Below are positions 28,357 through 32,000 of a stretch of DNA of 32,000 nucleotides, piece after piece. How positions within the stretch are numbered: the stretch's first letter is position 1; every line of letters begins with the position of its first letter. The position numbers were made by a program, and so were the translations under genes. Under the pieces are notes generated by a model. The model did not search any database. It saw only the letters and a program-made list of their open reading frames with translations, and was not told where the DNA came from. The DNA lies in contig NZ_SNUY01000009.1 in assembly GCF_004376175.1 (NCBI RefSeq), positions 30,001 to 62,000 of the forward strand, written 5' to 3'. This stretch comes from Halalkalibacterium halodurans. Lineage in GTDB: Bacteria; Bacillota; Bacilli; Bacillales; Bacillaceae_D.

Positions 28357-28684
28357 ATGAAAGTCAAATGCATGGAGTCGTATCAAGAAACACCCGGGCT
28401 CTCGCTTCTGTTTCGCACGGACAGCATGGCGTTTTTTTGAGTGTAACGGACTTCGCCTTCTCTTAAGCCTTCCTGAAAAAGAGGCATACGCCCATTCGAG
28501 TTCGGTTGTCTATTTTCAAGTGGAGAGTATAAAGGAGATCTATGAAAAGCTAACCGATGAGGGGGTAACGTTTATCGATGAGCCTCACGTTGTGGCAAAA
28601 GTCGGGCAAACGGAAACATGGATGACCTTTTTTCACGATACGGAAGGAAACACGCATGCATTCATGAGCGAGGTTTCTGTCTAG
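28357..28684 (+). pseudogene. VOC/glyoxalase-family gene, frameshifted at a T7 run and lacking a normal N-terminus and RBS
   Basis: One frame (ATG 28357) reads MKVKCMESYQETPGLSLLFRTDSMAFF and stops. The next frame continues ECNGLRLLLSLPEKEAYAHSSSVVYFQVESIKEIYEKLTDEGVTFIDEPHVVAKVGQTETWMTFFHDTEGNTHAFMSEVSV. The junction is at T7, 28432-28438. Confidence 0.65.
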
Positions 28685-28944
28685 AACATGAAAAAAGGCC
28701 CGGCTAGCGGAGCGACGGAAAGAAAGGAATCACAGTGAGTTTTTGAAAAGGTGATGACGGATGGTAGGGGTGTCTTTCAGGATGCCCCTTCGTGTTGCCC
28801 CCTTGGCTAGACTTTCTGTGAAAAAGGTTACCTTTTAGATACCGACTTAACTTGGAGATGAATCGTTTGACAAAAGCGGTTGTTCCCTACTAAACCGAAG
28901 ACATTTTACCAGTTGTGTTCTTGAAATTTTTTTACCTGAACTAA

Positions 28945-28973
28945 TTGCTATTTTTCGAACATGCTGATAAGAT
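28945..28973 (+). promoter_or_regulatory. Sigma-A-type promoter heading the long leader of the polyamine operon
   Basis: TTGCTA, a 17-nt spacer, then TAAGAT. The predicted transcription start is near A28980. Confidence 0.55.
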
Positions 28974-29281
28974 AGAGGCATGAATTGGGAAGCTAATATT
29001 CAAATATACTTGAGAGTCTTTCCAAGCAGATAATTTTTGACCACTTCCTTTGGGAAGTTAAGGCAACGGTACGCCGGGTCAAATGCCGATTGGCAACTTT
29101 AGTTGCCTTATTGATTGAGTTAAAAGCTCAAATTTTATAAGTTGGTTACTTTACAACCAGTGCATACGCACGCAACTTGTGAAACGGTCAATAAGAGTGG
29201 TAAAAGTAATTATTTGCTATTAGACTCTGAACCTAAAAGATATATTTAAATATTAATAAGCTTTCTACTATAGTGCTCCCA

Positions 29282-29337
29282 AAGCTTAAGGTAGATGTAT
29301 CCATACAGCCTTTTTATGGGTACACTTATGCTTTTTT
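29282..29337 (+). terminator. Leader terminator T1 (long composite hairpin plus T-tract)
   Basis: AAGCTTAAG-gtagat-GTATCCATA-loop-TATGGGTAC-a-CTTATGCTT followed by TTTT. An upstream TAAGCTT (29257-29263) can pair with the 5' arm as an alternative structure. Confidence 0.6.
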
Positions 29338-29352
29338 AATATTGAATATATG

Positions 29353-29396
29353 AAGCAAGTGTTGTGCGTGTTGATGCGCTATGCACTTGCTTTTTT
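29353..29396 (+). terminator. Leader terminator T2
   Basis: AAGCAAGTG ... CACTTGCTT followed by TTTTTG, about 100 nt upstream of the first polyamine gene. Confidence 0.7.
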
Positions 29397-29495
29397 GTTG
29401 CCCACTGGCTCGTGTTTTAACAATCTTTTTATTCGGCAGATTGTCATGGATTTCCTCTTTTTACTTTTAAAAATTTTATGTTAGGAGATATGCAA

Positions 29496-30728
29496 ATGGG
29501 AAAAGCACTTATTATCGGTTGTGGTGGTGTAGCATCGGTCGCGGTCCACAAGTGTGTTCAAAACAGTGAAGTCTTTGAAGAGATTTGTATTGCGAGCCGG
29601 ACAAAATCAAAATGTGATGCGTTAAAGGCAAAACTGGATGGCGGCAAAACAAAGATCACAACGGCACAAGTAGATGCTAACAATGTGGATGAGCTAATTG
29701 CTCTTATCGAAGAAGTGAAGCCTGACGTTGTCATGAATTTGGCGCTACCTTATCAAGATTTAACGATCATGGATGCGTGTCTTGCCACAAAAACCAACTA
29801 TTTGGATACGGCAAACTACGAGCCAGAAGATACGGCTAAATTCGAATATAAATGGCAATGGGATTATCGCGAGCGCTTTGAAAAGGCGGGCATTACCGCA
29901 CTTTTAGGTAGCGGATTTGACCCAGGGGTGACCGGTGTATTTTCTGCTTATGCGCTAAAGCATCATTTTGATGAAATTGAATATATCGACATTCTCGACT
30001 GTAACGCAGGGGATCATGGGTATCCATTTGCGACGAACTTCAATCCTGAAATCAACATCCGTGAAGTGTCAGCGAACGGACGTTATTGGGAAAATGGCGA
30101 ATGGGTCGAGACGAAACCAATGGAAATTAAACGTGTATACAACTTCCCTGAAGTTGGCGAGAAAGATATGTACTTGCTTTACCATGAAGAGCTTGAATCT
30201 CTTGCAGTCAACATTCCAGGAATCAAACGGATTCGTTTCTTTATGACCTTTAGCGAAAGCTATCTAACGCACTTAAAATGCCTTGAAAATGTGGGCATGA
30301 CGTCCATTGAGCCAATTGAATTTGAAGGGAAGGAAATCATTCCACTTCAATTTCTGAAAGCTGTCTTACCTGACCCTGCTTCTCTTGGCCCGCGCACAAA
30401 AGGGAAAACGAACATTGGTTGTATCTTTAAAGGGAAAAAAGACGGTAAAGATAAAACGTACTATCTATACAACGTTTGTGATCATGAGGAATGCTATAAA
30501 GAAGTGGGCTCCCAAGCCGTTTCTTACACAACTGGCGTTCCAGCCATGATCGGTGCGATGATGCTTATGACTGGAAAATGGAATAAGCCAGGAGTATATA
30601 ACATTGAAGAGTTTGATCCAGATCCATTCATGGAAGCGTTGAACAAGTGGGGACTTCCTTGGAAAGAAGACCACAATCCTCAGCTTGTCGACTCTGATCC
30701 GATTAAAGAGACGGAGCTTGTTCGTTAA
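29496..30728 (+). CDS. Carboxy(nor)spermidine dehydrogenase/synthase (saccharopine dehydrogenase family)
   Basis: MGKALIIGCGGVASVAVHKC..., GFDPGV, NAGDHG..FATNF.PE, YTTGVPA and NPDPFME-type blocks match recalled Vibrio CANSDH. ATG 29496 lies 7 nt after AGGAGA. Confidence 0.9.
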   Translation: MGKALIIGCGGVASVAVHKCVQNSEVFEEICIASRTKSKCDALKAKLDGGKTKITTAQVDANNVDELIALIEEVKPDVVMNLALPYQDLTIMDACLATKTNYLDTANYEPEDTAKFEYKWQWDYRERFEKAGITALLGSGFDPGVTGVFSAYALKHHFDEIEYIDILDCNAGDHGYPFATNFNPEINIREVSANGRYWENGEWVETKPMEIKRVYNFPEVGEKDMYLLYHEELESLAVNIPGIKRIRFFMTFSESYLTHLKCLENVGMTSIEPIEFEGKEIIPLQFLKAVLPDPASLGPRTKGKTNIGCIFKGKKDGKDKTYYLYNVCDHEECYKEVGSQAVSYTTGVPAMIGAMMLMTGKWNKPGVYNIEEFDPDPFMEALNKWGLPWKEDHNPQLVDSDPIKETELVR

Positions 30729-30729
30729 A

Positions 30730-31857
30730 ATGCGTTTTGAAGAATTACCGACGCCATGTTACGTAGTGGATGAAGCGCTCGTGGAGAAAAACGTAAAAAT
30801 CCTAAACGGCATCATGAAGCGCACAGGAGCAAAAATTGTGTTGGCGCAAAAAGCTTTTTCCATGTCGACCATGTACCCGCTCATCGGAAAGTACTTAACG
30901 GGTACAACGGCAAGCGGCTTGTACGAGGCACGATTAGGTCATGAGGAGATGGGCAAAGAAAATCATATCTTTGCCCCCGCCTATCGTGAAGATGAAATCG
31001 ATGAAATCGTCTCGATTTGCGACCATATCATCTTTAATTCCTTCTCTCAGCTTGAGAAGTTTAAACAGAGAGCTCTTGATGCTGGGAGTAAAGTGGGCTT
31101 ACGCATCAACCCTGAATGCTCCACCCAAGTGGGCCATGAGATTTATGATCCTTGTTCACCAGGCTCTAGATTCGGTGTCAAACAGGAAGATGTTCGTCAG
31201 GAGCTGCTTGACGAGGTGTCAGGACTTCACTTCCACACACTTTGTCAGCAAAACTCTGACGATTTAGAAACAACGCTTGATGCAGTAGAAGAAAAGTTTG
31301 GCCAGTGGCTACCGCAAATGGAATGGATCAACTTTGGTGGCGGTCACCATATCACAAGGGATGATTACGATATCCCGAGATTGGAAGCTTGCATTAAGAG
31401 AATGCAGGACAAATACGGTTTGGAAGTCTACCTTGAACCGGGCGAAGCGATCGCGCTTAACGCGGGCTATCTCGTCACGACAGTCCTTGACCTCCATAAA
31501 AACGGAATCGACATTGCGATTTTGGACACGTCCGCCACTTGTCATATGCCCGACGTCCTCGAAATGCCTTACCGCCCCCCTCTTTTCGGATCAGGGGAAC
31601 CAGGCGAAAAGCCGTTCACCTATCGACTCGGAGGCCCGACCTGCCTGACAGGTGACGTCATCGGTGACTATTCGTTTGACCAGCCATTAAAAAGCGGCGA
31701 CCGATTAGTTTTTGGGGATATGGCGATTTACTCCATGGTGAAAACGAACACGTTCAACGGCATGCCACTTCCAGCTATTGCCGTCAAACATCAAGATGGC
31801 GATTGTCAGGTTGTACGCCAATTTGGCTATCAAGACTTTAAAACACGACTAGCGTAA
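30730..31857 (+). CDS. nspC: Carboxy(nor)spermidine decarboxylase
   Basis: The start MRFEELPTPCYVVDE lies 1 nt after the upstream stop. The LEPGEA and MVKTNTFNG blocks match recalled NspC, a PLP fold-III decarboxylase. Confidence 0.9.
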   Translation: MRFEELPTPCYVVDEALVEKNVKILNGIMKRTGAKIVLAQKAFSMSTMYPLIGKYLTGTTASGLYEARLGHEEMGKENHIFAPAYREDEIDEIVSICDHIIFNSFSQLEKFKQRALDAGSKVGLRINPECSTQVGHEIYDPCSPGSRFGVKQEDVRQELLDEVSGLHFHTLCQQNSDDLETTLDAVEEKFGQWLPQMEWINFGGGHHITRDDYDIPRLEACIKRMQDKYGLEVYLEPGEAIALNAGYLVTTVLDLHKNGIDIAILDTSATCHMPDVLEMPYRPPLFGSGEPGEKPFTYRLGGPTCLTGDVIGDYSFDQPLKSGDRLVFGDMAIYSMVKTNTFNGMPLPAIAVKHQDGDCQVVRQFGYQDFKTRLA

Positions 31858-31860
31858 AAG

Positions 31861-31900
31861 AAAAAACCAGATCCTGAACTAGGATTCTGGTTTTTCTTTT
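31861..31900 (+). terminator. Intrinsic terminator of the polyamine operon
   Basis: CCAGATCCT-gaact-AGGATTCTGG (one bulged T), flanked by A6 and TTTTTCTTTT. Confidence 0.75.
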
Positions 31901-31920
31901 GTACGTAAATACCGCAACGT

Positions 31921-31985
31921 CGATAGAAATCTCCATCATGGATATGTCGCAATATTTTAATATTTCATACTTGCCCGATAGAAAT
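31921..31985 (+). repeat. Two copies of CGATAGAAAT, 55 bp apart, upstream of a TATAAT at the right edge
   Basis: The copies are at 31921-31930 and 31976-31985. TATAAT is at 31990-31995. The downstream gene lies outside the window. Confidence 0.6.
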
Positions 31986-32000
31986 TAGGTATAATAGAAA

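Larger units (their letters stand above)
28980..29396 (+). ncRNA. Unclassified structured 5' leader or cis-regulatory RNA candidate
   Basis: It contains multiple stems with duplicated competing arms. TTGGGAAG occurs at 28985 and 29050, opposite CTTTCCAA at 29018 and ACTTCC at 29043. GGCAAC occurs at 29062 and 29092, opposite GTTGCC at 29102. It ends in two plus-strand terminators. No long ORF is present. Confidence 0.45.

Noticed and set aside
28233-28466. 77-aa ORF-track entry treated as a gene
   Set aside because: It has no RBS and is out of frame with the recognisable VOC-family modules in the same DNA. It is a by-product of the decayed VOC gene.
28975-29230. Possible lysine (L-box) riboswitch or T-box in the polyamine leader
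   Set aside because: Only loose word-level similarity is present: AGAGGCA, GAGAGTC, GTTAAGG...CGCCGGG, ATGCCGA, GAGTGGTAAAAG. The AGAGGC lies in the -10 and start region. There is no ACTGTCA or GAGAGC junction, and no GGTGGTACCGCG adjacent to either terminator. I cannot support either class without a covariance-model search.

Overview
This window looks like a chromosomal segment from a Bacillaceae-type Firmicute, judged from strong GGAGG-type ribosome-binding sites (RBS), about 40-45% GC by eye, and B. subtilis-like ldh, roc and bdhA genes. I saw no rRNA, tRNA, CRISPR array, transposase or integrase.

Gene content, left to right:
- A Ycf46-like AAA+ ATPase that runs off the left edge.
- A GNAT acetyltransferase and a UbiD-family decarboxylase.
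- A small islet of hypothetical secreted or membrane proteins, plus a decayed alpha/beta hydrolase.
- A CarD-family regulator.
- An ldh-lctP operon with three Rex boxes upstream.
- selO.
- A sigma-54/RocR arginine-catabolism regulon split into two operons. One is rocD-gdh-(biotinyl/lipoyl-like small gene)-rocA. The other is rocF-(YjiH-like)-(NhaC-like). Each has a perfect -24/-12 promoter and an A/T-tract palindrome upstream. The divergent rocR activator is frameshifted.
- bdhA.
- A PadR-DUF4188 pair divergent from an HExxH protein.
- A SAM methyltransferase flanked by HAD and VOC (glyoxalase-family) gene remnants.
- A carboxy(nor)spermidine dehydrogenase/decarboxylase operon.

The least-explained element is the roughly 0.5 kb non-coding leader upstream of the polyamine operon (28945-29477). 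It has a good sigma-A promoter, a possible leaderless 17-codon mini-ORF, duplicated mutually exclusive pairing segments, and two tandem intrinsic terminators. It matches no riboswitch class I can recognise.

Several genes carry single-base indels, mostly at short homopolymers, so sequencing error has to be separated from real decay. I could run no database searches. All family calls rest on my own recognition of the translated sequences.
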